Source: Verrucomicrobiia bacterium (lineage in GTDB: Bacteria; Verrucomicrobiota; Verrucomicrobiia; Limisphaerales; JADLHS01). From it: a stretch of DNA of 64,000 nt. The stretch is taken from positions 14,211 through 78,210 of the forward strand of contig DASUGI010000113.1 in assembly GCA_036274115.1 (NCBI GenBank). The letters run 5' to 3'. This document shows positions 9,707-18,802 of this stretch, piece after piece (within the stretch, counting starts at the first letter, position 1; the number at the start of each line of letters is the position of its first letter). The position numbers were made by a program, and so were the translations under genes. The notes beneath the pieces were generated by a model. That model was given only the letters and a program-made list of their open reading frames with translations, searched no databases and was not told where the DNA came from.

Positions 9707-10674
9707 CGGAACGATGCCTCCTTTGCTTCCGGTCCGACCAGTCGCACGAACACCTCGTGCAGCGTCGGTTCGGATTGATTGAAACTCCGCAGCCGGATGC
9801 CGCGGGCAAAGCAGGCTTGCAATACTGCCTCGGGCTCGGCTGCATCGCGCAACTCGAGTTCCCAGTGCCCGGCCAATTCCGGCTTTGCCGAACCATTCAC
9901 CGGAACCGGCGGCAACACTGAAACCACTCCCGGCAATTCGCGCAGTGGCGCAACATCGTCGCCCGTCTCAATTCGCACCCGGCGCGGCACGGTGCGTTTT
10001 GCCTCCGCAATCGTCCCGTCAAAAATCTTCCGCCCCTTGGCCATTAGCAGAATCCGGTCGCACAATCGTTCCGCGTGTTGCATCACGTGAGTGGAGAACA
10101 GCACCGTACGACCGCGCTTGGCCATGTCGCGGATGATTTCTTCCATCACCTGCTGATTCACCGGGTCGAGACCGGAGAAAGGTTCATCCAAGATGACAAA
10201 CTCCGGGTCGTGCGCAATGGACGCCAGCACCTGCACTTTTTGACCCATGCCCTTCGAGAGCGCTTCGGTGGGCTTGTTCGCAAAATCCTTTAAGCCGTAG
10301 CGCTCGAGCAGTTCGAACGCCCGGCGCTTTGCATCACGCCGCCTCAATCCCTTCAGCGTGGCGAAGTAAGCGATCACCGCCCAGCTCTTCATCTTTTTGT
10401 AAAGCCCCTTTTCCTCCGGCAGATAGCCAATACGCTGACGCACCTTCAGCGCCGAAGATTCTCCCAGCACCGTAATCGTTCCGCTGGTGGGCTTGATGAT
10501 CTCCAGGATCATCCGGATTGTTGTGGTCTTGCCCGCCCCGTTCGGACCAAGGAAACCGTAGATTGATCCCGCCGGGAGACTGAAGCTCACGTCGTCCACG
10601 GCCCGGAAGTCTCCGAATAGTTTGGTGACCCCGCGCAATTCGAGCGGGGTCGTTGAGGTCGCGTTCAGGTTCAC
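9703..10674 (-). CDS. ABC transporter ATP-binding protein (NatA/YhaQ-like)
   Basis: GPNGAGKTT, LSKGMGQK, ILDEPFSGLD; C-terminal EPTLHEVF; stop overlaps the permease start. Confidence 0.93.
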   Translation of the reverse strand: MNLNATSTTPLELRGVTKLFGDFRAVDDVSFSLPAGSIYGFLGPNGAGKTTTIRMILEIIKPTSGTITVLGESSALKVRQRIGYLPEEKGLYKKMKSWAVIAYFATLKGLRRRDAKRRAFELLERYGLKDFANKPTEALSKGMGQKVQVLASIAHDPEFVILDEPFSGLDPVNQQVMEEIIRDMAKRGRTVLFSTHVMQHAERLCDRILLMAKGRKIFDGTIAEAKRTVPRRVRIETGDDVAPLRELPGVVSVLPPVPVNGSAKPELAGHWELELRDAAEPEAVLQACFARGIRLRSFNQSEPTLHEVFVRLVGPEAKEASFR

Positions 10675-10766
10675 AGTTGAGATCGCGTTGCTGCCAGAGA
10701 CTATTCAGGAGACAACTCCAACGCCAGACTCTCACGCTTACAATTTCCGGCGATGATTCCAGCCGC

Positions 10767-12449
10767 TCACTTCGGCCCGGGCGCCATCATCTTGCGATTG
10801 ATCGCCAGGTTCATGCGATTGCCGTTGATGGCGATGGACCGGAATTCCTTGAACTTCTCAATTTCCGGCGCGCTCAACACCGGTCCGAGCCGGCCCAGCA
10901 CCCGTCCATAGATGTCATCCAGCAATTTCAAGTTCTTCTCCGCCTCGGCTTCCGACGCGATGTTGCGGAAATTCAGCGTCGGGGTGGTCTGGAAATCCGC
11001 GGGCAGACCGGCCTGCTCCAGCGCTGCCCGCGTCTCTTCCTGCATCAATTGATAAATCTGTTTCGCCTTTTGGTTCTTGGCGTCGCTATCGCCCGTCATC
11101 ATCGACTTGAACTGTTCCGCCGTCAGATAGCTCGCGATGTTCTGGGTGTAATCCTTGTATTGGCTCAGTTCCTCCGGCGTGAGCATGCTCTGAAGCTTTT
11201 GCAAAAACGCCGCCTCCTGCTCGGCGAACACTTGATTGAGCGCCTCTCCTGTCTTCCCATCCTTCAATACCTCCGTGATGCGATCAATGTTCTCCATCAC
11301 GTTATCCGCCAGCAGATCGAACATTTTCTCAGACATCTCCGGCGAAAGGTTGATCCGATTCGTAAAATCCTTGTAAATCATGCTCATGCCGGTCCGCTGC
11401 TGCTTGCGGATCAATTCAAACATCTCCGGATTGTCGGTCATCCCGCTCAATGGACTTGGTCCATTGGTTTTCGATGCGGCGATTTCGATGTTCTCTCGCC
11501 GCAATCGCCCGACCTCCCCGCGCAACTTCAACGTATCTGACGAAGGCGCAGCAGCAACCGTCGTTGTCGGCGCGCTTGCACTCGCAACGAGATTCGACAA
11601 TCGCTCGTTCTCCGCGATCAGATGAGCCGACGCCTCCTGCTGCTGGCGCAATGCCGCCTTGACTTCGTTCAATTTCGTCTGCGTGTTGTGGTGCATCACC
11701 CATGGAACCGCGACCCCTGCCGCCACTACTGCCGTGACAATTCCGACTTTCAATTTGGTCATGCTCATGATTTCCAGAAGAGTTAAGGTTGTTCCCGTGC
11801 CCGCCGCTGCACTGGCGAGTGCAGCCGATGAAATGGTAACTGCAAATCCCACTGGCGCCGCCGATACAGTTTGCGTCGCCAATACGGTCGCCAGGGCCGC
11901 GCCCGACAACGCCACCCCGCGCACCTTCAACAGTGATTCCAACTTGTTCAGCGCCCGATCCACGCGCTTGCGCGCCGCTTCCTCGTTGCTTCCCAGCGCT
12001 TCGCCCACCGACCGAAAATCTTTTTGCTCGAAGTAGCGCAACATGATGGCCGCGCGATCCTCCGCGCCCAACTGGTTCACCGCTTCATCCAGCACCGGCG
12101 CAATCAACGCAAAGTTCGCCGCGGAATGATCTTCACTGGCATTCATTTCTACCGCCTGCCTTTCTCGCGCCAGACGCCGACGCTCGCTCCGCATCACGTT
12201 GCTGGCCACAAAACACGTGTGCCGATGCAACCAACCTCCCAGCATGGATTCGCGCGAAAGCTTTTTGGCCATGCGCGCCAGGTCCGCAAACACCGTTTGG
12301 GTGACGTCCTCGGCCAGATGCGCGTCCCCGTTCACCAACCGCACCGCCGCGGAATAAACCAGGTCCACGTAGCGCGACACCAACTCGCGAAACGCCTCTT
12401 CCGAGCCGGTTTTACCGTATTCTGCGAGCAATTGTTGGGTTTCGGTCAT
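10767..12449 (-). CDS. ECF sigma-70 factor with C-terminal TM helix and extracytoplasmic domain
   Basis: Region 2 AFRELVSRYVDLVYSAA..AEDVTQTVF; region 4 LRYFEQKDFRSVGEALGSNEEAARKRVDRAL; TM GIVTAVVAAGVAVPWV; start set at ATG 12449. Confidence 0.9.
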   Translation of the reverse strand: MTETQQLLAEYGKTGSEEAFRELVSRYVDLVYSAAVRLVNGDAHLAEDVTQTVFADLARMAKKLSRESMLGGWLHRHTCFVASNVMRSERRRLARERQAVEMNASEDHSAANFALIAPVLDEAVNQLGAEDRAAIMLRYFEQKDFRSVGEALGSNEEAARKRVDRALNKLESLLKVRGVALSGAALATVLATQTVSAAPVGFAVTISSAALASAAAGTGTTLTLLEIMSMTKLKVGIVTAVVAAGVAVPWVMHHNTQTKLNEVKAALRQQQEASAHLIAENERLSNLVASASAPTTTVAAAPSSDTLKLRGEVGRLRRENIEIAASKTNGPSPLSGMTDNPEMFELIRKQQRTGMSMIYKDFTNRINLSPEMSEKMFDLLADNVMENIDRITEVLKDGKTGEALNQVFAEQEAAFLQKLQSMLTPEELSQYKDYTQNIASYLTAEQFKSMMTGDSDAKNQKAKQIYQLMQEETRAALEQAGLPADFQTTPTLNFRNIASEAEAEKNLKLLDDIYGRVLGRLGPVLSAPEIEKFKEFRSIAINGNRMNLAINRKMMAPGPK

Positions 12450-12554
12450 CGACTTAACACTAGTAAAGACCCACCAACCTGGAAAAGCGGACAAAAATCT
12501 TTGAGAAATTGAAGCGCGCTGGCCACTGGCCGGGCGACTGAATAAACTCCGCCA

Positions 12555-14402
12555 ATGCCAACGCACGCCCAGCGCCTGATTCACGCGGTTAGAACTGGCA
12601 ATCACGCGCGCCTGCGTGATCTATTGGCGCATTCGACCGACGTCGATGCCCGTTCGGCAGCCGGTCGAACGGCCCTGCACGCCGCCGCTGAGGAAGGTGA
12701 CCTGGAGGCCGCTCGCATTCTCATCGAGTCCGGCGCCGAGGTGAATGCGCGGACGAACAATGGGCAAACCCCTTTACATTTGGCGGCGGGCTACGGCGGC
12801 TTCTGCGATCTGGCAGACCTGGATCGAGACCGAGCCGATCCTTGCAACCGGCAGCGGCATCACCCAACGCATCCCGAAGTCGCCGAGGCCATCACTTCAA
12901 TCCTCAAAGAGCGAAACTCCCGGCTGCCGGACCAACTCGGGCCAACTGATACGATTCCTTCGGATCGGAAGGCGGAAATCTTTCTAGCCATGCTGGAGGC
13001 CTTCAGCGATTTGCGGGAACTGCATCGCGCCATCGTTTCGCGAGGCGTTGATGTTGATCAGGTTGATCCACACTTCGCTGAGTTTCTGCGCGGTCGCCCC
13101 CGCTATTTGCGGATGGTCGAGTATTTACTCGAGGCAAAAGCTGACATCAATGCGCTCGACGAAGCCGACAACTCACCGCTGCACTTCGCGGTGGAACTTG
13201 GACAGCCCGAGATGGTCGAACTGTTGCTGAAGCGCGGCGCGCGCATTCCTTCGCCATCCATGGATGACTCAACGCAGTGCCTGGTGTCGCTGGCTTTGGA
13301 TTACAGCAAGGTTGAGGTTGCGGAAATCCTGGTTCGTCATGGCGTCCCATTCAACCCAGGCGGCCTTCATCTTCACGAAGCGACCGGCAACGCCCGAAAA
13401 GAAGTTGTCCTCTGGCTGCTAGGACACGGCGCGGATATCAATCACACTTCCGACGATGGCAACACGCCGATAATGGATGCAGCCATGAACGGCCACCATG
13501 AAATGGTGGCTTGCCTGCTGGAACAGCGCCCGCAGATTCATTATTGCAACCAACAAGGGGAAGGGTTGTTGCATTGCGCTGCACGTTGGTATCAATGCCT
13601 TGCAGTTGTGCTGCCACTCGGTCTGCCCCTGAACCAACAGAGCGCTTCCGGCGCCACCCCACTCCATGCCGCCGCGCAATCCGGCGACCCGAGTGCCGTG
13701 CAGGCATTGATAGCTGCCGGTGCCTCCGTAAACGTGCAAGACCATACCGGCAACACGCCGCTGCACTGCATCTTCATCAGTGACGAATTCCGGCCCGATA
13801 TCGAGTTCCCCCTGTTCCTTCAATTGGTCGCAGGCGGCGCCGACCGCTCGATCCGGAACAAGGAGGGCAAGACGGCGTTCGATCTTGCGGTTCAGTGGAG
13901 GTATCCCGAGGAATATCACCTGCTGTTGCGGCCCGGACCTACCGCGATGTCCGCAGCTTCATTCGTCTGGTTGGGCGAACCCAAATACCGCGAGCTATTG
14001 CCGGACGCCATGGTCTCCGTGGAAATCGAGTCTCAGTTGTGGCCGTCGTGTGAGCATTATCTGCATGCGCTCAAGACCACAGATCTGGCAGTCCGCGAGC
14101 AAATCCGCCAGGCCGGCTCGGTCAGAGATGCCCTGCATCGGCTTCATGACTCCAAAGTGAAGCCGCCCAAGACGCTCGAGTGGGCGAGATTTCGTGACGA
14201 CGCCATGCGGGCTGCGTTGTTGGCCAGGGCCAGACAGCATCCGGCCATTGGCGAGTTGCTCCTCTCCACGGGCGACGCGCAACTGATCTCCGATGGCCAC
14301 TGCGATTCTTACTGGACGTCCGGACCAGACGTCCCGTTCAACGCCATTGGCAGGATGCTCATGAGCGTCCGCAATGAACTGCGCGACCGCAAACCCAGCT
14401 GA
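12555..14402 (+). CDS. Ankyrin-repeat protein with C-terminal NADAR (YbiA-like) domain
   Basis: Many G-T-P/A-L-H-x-A ankyrin motifs; C-terminal WPSCEHYLHALK..QHPAIGELLLSTGDAQLI..DSYW..NAIGRMLMSVR. Confidence 0.85.
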   Translation: MPTHAQRLIHAVRTGNHARLRDLLAHSTDVDARSAAGRTALHAAAEEGDLEAARILIESGAEVNARTNNGQTPLHLAAGYGGFCDLADLDRDRADPCNRQRHHPTHPEVAEAITSILKERNSRLPDQLGPTDTIPSDRKAEIFLAMLEAFSDLRELHRAIVSRGVDVDQVDPHFAEFLRGRPRYLRMVEYLLEAKADINALDEADNSPLHFAVELGQPEMVELLLKRGARIPSPSMDDSTQCLVSLALDYSKVEVAEILVRHGVPFNPGGLHLHEATGNARKEVVLWLLGHGADINHTSDDGNTPIMDAAMNGHHEMVACLLEQRPQIHYCNQQGEGLLHCAARWYQCLAVVLPLGLPLNQQSASGATPLHAAAQSGDPSAVQALIAAGASVNVQDHTGNTPLHCIFISDEFRPDIEFPLFLQLVAGGADRSIRNKEGKTAFDLAVQWRYPEEYHLLLRPGPTAMSAASFVWLGEPKYRELLPDAMVSVEIESQLWPSCEHYLHALKTTDLAVREQIRQAGSVRDALHRLHDSKVKPPKTLEWARFRDDAMRAALLARARQHPAIGELLLSTGDAQLISDGHCDSYWTSGPDVPFNAIGRMLMSVRNELRDRKPS

Positions 14403-14460
14403 CTTCCGGCTTTCGCGACTACGGTTCGCACCGGTATTCTCCTGACGTGAGACTCACGAG

Positions 14461-16419
14461 ATGAGCGAGCGCCCCGAACCACGCCAGGAGCAACTCCGCT
14501 CCTCCCGCGAGCGCTACCGCCGCTTCGTCCAGGACTACAAGCACCATCGGCTCGACGACGCAGAAGACCAAAAGCCTGCCGATAGTTCTGCCAAAACCCC
14601 TGACACTCCACCGAAGGAATCCAAACAGGAACGCCGCGCCACCCGCCGCAAATACGTGCGTGAGTATCTGCGCTGGCTGAAACCGCATCGCTACGCCATC
14701 GGCGTGCTCTTCCTGCTCGCCCTGGTCACTGCCGGTTTCGAAATGATTGAGCCACTGTTCATGCGGTTCATCATCGACCGCGTTCTCCTGAACGACAAAC
14801 TGGCTTCGGCATCGCGCCTCAATCATCTCCACATTGCGGGCGCGCTTTTTGTCGGCGTTATCGTGCTCACCCGGCTCGCCGATACTCTCAGGGATTACCG
14901 TCAGCGCCTCGTAAACGTCCGCGTGATGTTGTCCCTGCGCGAATCGCTCTTCGACCGCTTCCTGCACCTGCCCCTTCCCAAACTGTGGGACATGAAAACC
15001 GGCGGCATCCTCTCGCGCCTGACCGGCGATGTGGACACCACCACCGGCTTGTTGCAAATGGCCATTATGTCGCCGGTCGTTTCGGTCATTCGTTTGATCA
15101 TTGCCGTCGCACTGCTCATGCACCTTAACTGGCGACTGGCATTCACGGCGCTGGCCATTATTCCCGGCCTCATCGTTTTAAGTTTTATCATGTCACGCCG
15201 CGTCCGGCCGATATATCGAGCGATGCGCAAGGACGTGGAACTCATCGATGGCCGCGTGGGTGAAACGTTCTCAGGCATTCGCGTCGTCCGCGCCTTTGGC
15301 CGCGAACTGCGTGAACTGTTTGACTACATGCTCGGTCGCCACACCGTGCTGCGCAAAGAGATGTTCGCGCACCGCCGCGAAATGGTTCTCTGGACGTCCT
15401 GGGGGTTGTTGCTGGGCGCCGTCAACGTCATCATCGTCTGGTATGGCGGCTATCTGCATATCGCAGGTGGCGCATCCATCGGCGACATTATGGCGTTTCA
15501 ATGGTACACCTTCCTGCTGCTCAATCCGGTCTGGAACATCGTTAACACCTTCTCGGAACTCCAACGCTCCTTGGCCGCGATGGAACGCGTCTTCGAAATT
15601 CTTGGCATGGAACACGACAAACCCGACAAGCCGAATGCCGTCGATGCTCCAACCATCGTCCGTGAAATCCGCTTCGAGAACGTGCACTTCGAGTATCGCA
15701 AGGACCAGCCCGTCGTGCGCGACTTCAATGTTGTTGTACCCGCCGGTTCAGTCGTCGCGCTCGTCGGGCGAAGCGGTGCCGGCAAAACGACGGTCACCGA
15801 TCTCGTCGCCCGCTTCCACGATCCCACTCAAGGCCGCATTCTGGTCAACGGAACAGACATCCGCGACTTTCGCCTCAGCACTTACCGGGATCTGCTGGCC
15901 ATTGTGCAACAGGACGTATTCCTGTTCGACGGTTCGGTCCGCGACAACATTGCCTATGGCCGCCATGACGCCACGCCTGCTCAGGTCGAAGACGCCGCGC
16001 GCCGTGCCAATGCCCACGAGTTCATCATCAAGCTTCCCAATCAATACGAAACCTTTGTTGGCGAACGCGGTGTCAAACTCTCCGGCGGCCAGCAACAACG
16101 ACTCGCCATCGCCCGCGCCGTGCTCGCCTCCCCGCAAATCCTGATTCTCGACGAAGCCACCAGCAACCTCGACACCGAAAGCGAACAACTCATCCAGGCC
16201 TCGATGGCGGACTTGCTCGCCGGACGCACCACCTTCGTCATCGCCCATCGCCTCTCCACCATCCGCCGCGCCAACCTGATTCTGCTCATGGAAAACGGAC
16301 GCGTCATCGAACGCGGCACTCACGATGAACTGATGAACGCCCGCGGTGACTATTACCGCATGGTGTTGCGCCAAATGGAATCTCACGGCCACCAAGGCGA
16401 AGAAGTTCTGAAGGAATGA
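14461..16419 (+). CDS. Fused ABC exporter (MsbA-like TMD+NBD)
   Basis: Six-TM domain; GRSGAGKTT, LSGGQQQR, ILDEATSNLD, IAHRLST. Confidence 0.93.
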   Translation: MSERPEPRQEQLRSSRERYRRFVQDYKHHRLDDAEDQKPADSSAKTPDTPPKESKQERRATRRKYVREYLRWLKPHRYAIGVLFLLALVTAGFEMIEPLFMRFIIDRVLLNDKLASASRLNHLHIAGALFVGVIVLTRLADTLRDYRQRLVNVRVMLSLRESLFDRFLHLPLPKLWDMKTGGILSRLTGDVDTTTGLLQMAIMSPVVSVIRLIIAVALLMHLNWRLAFTALAIIPGLIVLSFIMSRRVRPIYRAMRKDVELIDGRVGETFSGIRVVRAFGRELRELFDYMLGRHTVLRKEMFAHRREMVLWTSWGLLLGAVNVIIVWYGGYLHIAGGASIGDIMAFQWYTFLLLNPVWNIVNTFSELQRSLAAMERVFEILGMEHDKPDKPNAVDAPTIVREIRFENVHFEYRKDQPVVRDFNVVVPAGSVVALVGRSGAGKTTVTDLVARFHDPTQGRILVNGTDIRDFRLSTYRDLLAIVQQDVFLFDGSVRDNIAYGRHDATPAQVEDAARRANAHEFIIKLPNQYETFVGERGVKLSGGQQQRLAIARAVLASPQILILDEATSNLDTESEQLIQASMADLLAGRTTFVIAHRLSTIRRANLILLMENGRVIERGTHDELMNARGDYYRMVLRQMESHGHQGEEVLKE

Positions 16420-16799
16420 GCAAGAACATTGACGAGTTCTGGACAACCGTAGAACGCGCGCTTGTTGCTTCGGGCGGTGATATGGAACGAAAATGTGAAT
16501 TGCTCACGGCAGAACTGGAGCGTCTGTCCGGCGAGAAATCAAAGGCATTTAACCAGCATTTGCGTGATTTGTTCCATCGCGCATATATCTGGGATTTGTG
16601 GGGAGCGGCATACCTGATGAATGAGGGGTGTCGCGACGATTCCCTTATGGATTTCAGATACACCTTGATTTCCCTGGGCCGAACCGTTTGCGAAAACGCA
16701 TTGGCGAACCCCGATTCCCTCGCCTTGGTGAATTGGACTTGGGGTGAGCGGATTGGTGGAAACGCAGGTTCAGCAGCTCAGCCTGCCTTTGGGCGTTGA
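16416..16799 (+). CDS. DUF4240-like protein, probably C-terminally truncated
   Basis: DEFW..AYIWDLWGAAYLMNEGC.DD..DFR..LISLGR..ALANPDSLA; tail after PDSLA does not resemble the family. Confidence 0.65.
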   Translation: MSKNIDEFWTTVERALVASGGDMERKCELLTAELERLSGEKSKAFNQHLRDLFHRAYIWDLWGAAYLMNEGCRDDSLMDFRYTLISLGRTVCENALANPDSLALVNWTWGERIGGNAGSAAQPAFGR

Positions 16800-16838
16800 G
16801 CGCTCGCCAAAGTGACTGGCGGTCGCCATCCTGCGCGG

Positions 16839-17960
16839 GTGAGTGTTCAAGAAATCGCGGCTGAGGTAATCCGTCGTACGAATCGGGAGAAACCGGCAGA
16901 TGCGGCGTTGCGCGAGGTGCTGAGGCGTCAGCGCAACTTGCCGCCATTTGATGCCGCAGAGGTCAGCCACATCGTTTTCCGGCATTATCGCTGGCACGGG
17001 TGGTTGCGACAGGAACGCAATTTGGAAGGCAAGTTGCGGTTGGCGCAGCGCCTTGAAGACCGATTCAAGGCCAATCCAGATTCCATTCCGCTGGCGGATT
17101 TGCGAGCCAGGGCGGTGCCCGCGTGGTTGCTCGACGAAATGGAAATCAATGAGGCGTGGCTGCGTGCGTTACAACGCGAACCAAAGCTCTGGCTCCGTGC
17201 GAAGCGAGGGCCGGAGAGATCGCTGGCGGGGAAGCTTGGCTTGATTGAGACGCCCGGGATGTCAGGGGCATTTATCTATGAAGGCGAGGCGGACTTGTTC
17301 AAGTCGCCAGAATTTCACGCGGGTGAGTTTGAGATTCAGGACATCGCTTCGCAGGCGGTCGGGTTGCTCTGCGATCCGAAACCGGGTGAAACCTGGTGGG
17401 ACGCTTGTGCCGGCGAAGGTGGCAAGCTGCTCCACTTATCCGATTTAATGCAGAACAAGGGGTTGATCTGGGCCAGCGACCGGGCTGCGTGGCGATTGCA
17501 GAAGCTCAAGCGGCGTGCGGCGCGGGCGAAGGTTTTCAATTATCGCGCGGAACTTTGGGAGGGCGGAGCGAAGTTGCCAACAAAAACAAAGTTCGATGGC
17601 GTGTTGGTGGATGCGCCGTGCAGCGGCATTGGGACGTGGCAGCGGAATCCACATGCGCGGTGGACGACGGATGTGAAGGATGTGCTGGAATTGGCCGAGG
17701 TGCAGAAACGATTACTGGCGAATGTCGCGGGTTCGGTCAAACCAGGTGGGAAGTTGGTCTATTCCGTTTGTACTTTGACCGGGAAGGAAACGGTCGAAGT
17801 CGTGGAGGAGTTTAGCCGGACGCATGTGGATTTTGAGTCGATGACTTTGCCGGTGGAATTAGTTAGCCGCACTCCCACGAGTGCAGCCACCGTGACGATT
17901 GGGCCGCAGGATTTGGGCGGGAACGGGATGTTTATCGCGGGCTGGCGGCGCAGGAAATGA
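16839..17960 (+). CDS. RsmB/NOP2/Sun family RNA m5C methyltransferase
   Basis: FEIQDIASQ, DACAGEGGK, VLVDAPCSGIGT, LVYSVCT; GTG 16839 preferred. Confidence 0.9.
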   Translation: MSVQEIAAEVIRRTNREKPADAALREVLRRQRNLPPFDAAEVSHIVFRHYRWHGWLRQERNLEGKLRLAQRLEDRFKANPDSIPLADLRARAVPAWLLDEMEINEAWLRALQREPKLWLRAKRGPERSLAGKLGLIETPGMSGAFIYEGEADLFKSPEFHAGEFEIQDIASQAVGLLCDPKPGETWWDACAGEGGKLLHLSDLMQNKGLIWASDRAAWRLQKLKRRAARAKVFNYRAELWEGGAKLPTKTKFDGVLVDAPCSGIGTWQRNPHARWTTDVKDVLELAEVQKRLLANVAGSVKPGGKLVYSVCTLTGKETVEVVEEFSRTHVDFESMTLPVELVSRTPTSAATVTIGPQDLGGNGMFIAGWRRRK

Positions 17961-17989
17961 CTGTCACCAGATTGTAACATTGCCGTAAC
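17961..17989 (+). promoter_or_regulatory. Putative Pho box (three direct repeats, 11-bp period)
   Basis: CTGTCAC 17961, TTGTAAC 17972, CCGTAAC 17983, directly upstream of the PhoB-like gene. Confidence 0.7.
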
Positions 17990-18045
17990 GCGCTTGTTGC
18001 TGCGTTTGCGTTGTGTGGCGATGCGGCTCATGCTATCAAGCGACC

Positions 18046-18729
18046 GTGACAAAGCAGAAGATTCTGGTGGTGGACGACGAGCCGGAGGCGGTTGAACTGG
18101 TGGAGTTCAATCTGAAGCAAGCCGGCTTTGAGGTCGCCACGGCGGCTGATGGCGGCGAGGCACTCAAGAAAGCTAAAGCAAGTCTGCCGGCGTTGGTGGT
18201 GCTGGATTTGATGTTACCGGAGGTTGATGGGTTGGAGGTTTGCAAGCTCATGCGTCGGGACGCGACCACGGCGAAGATTCCCATTCTCATGCTCACCGCA
18301 AAAGCTTCAGAGATTGACCGTGTGCTCGGGCTAGAGCTGGGCGCGGACGATTACCTGACGAAACCCTTCAGTCCGCGTGAACTGGTGTTGCGCGTGAAAA
18401 AAATCCTGGATCGCAGCGGGAACAAGACTGAGGCGCGCGAATCCCTGCGGTTTGGCGATCTGGTGATTAATGTCCCGAAGCACCTTGCAGCTTGGAAAGG
18501 CAAGGCCTTCGATTTGACTGCGACGGAGTTCAAGCTGCTCACCGTGCTGGCGCAAAGGGCCGGGCGGGTGCAATCGCGCGACGCACTGCTGCGGGACGTT
18601 TGGGAGTATGACAGCGTGATTGACACGCGGACTGTGGATACGCACCTGCGACGATTGCGGGAGAAACTTGGACCGGCGGCAAGGCATCTCGATACCGTGC
18701 GCGGCGTTGGCTATCGGTTCATCGAGTAG
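18046..18729 (+). CDS. OmpR/PhoB family response regulator (PhoB/PhoP-like)
   Basis: ILVVDDE, LDLMLP, MLTAK, GADDYLTKPFSPREL, RTVDTHLRRLREKL, TVRGVGYRF. Confidence 0.92.
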   Translation: MTKQKILVVDDEPEAVELVEFNLKQAGFEVATAADGGEALKKAKASLPALVVLDLMLPEVDGLEVCKLMRRDATTAKIPILMLTAKASEIDRVLGLELGADDYLTKPFSPRELVLRVKKILDRSGNKTEARESLRFGDLVINVPKHLAAWKGKAFDLTATEFKLLTVLAQRAGRVQSRDALLRDVWEYDSVIDTRTVDTHLRRLREKLGPAARHLDTVRGVGYRFIE

Positions 18730-18802
18730 TTGGCGCACCGCAACCGCCGTGTCGGCAGAAATCCTTCCCATTCACATCTCGTGCGGAGTAGCGTTTGTGA
18801 AC

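Noticed and set aside
12450..12605. ORF-track N-terminal extension of the ECF sigma
   Set aside because: Overlaps the divergent ankyrin gene start; sigma homology begins at MTETQQLL (12449)
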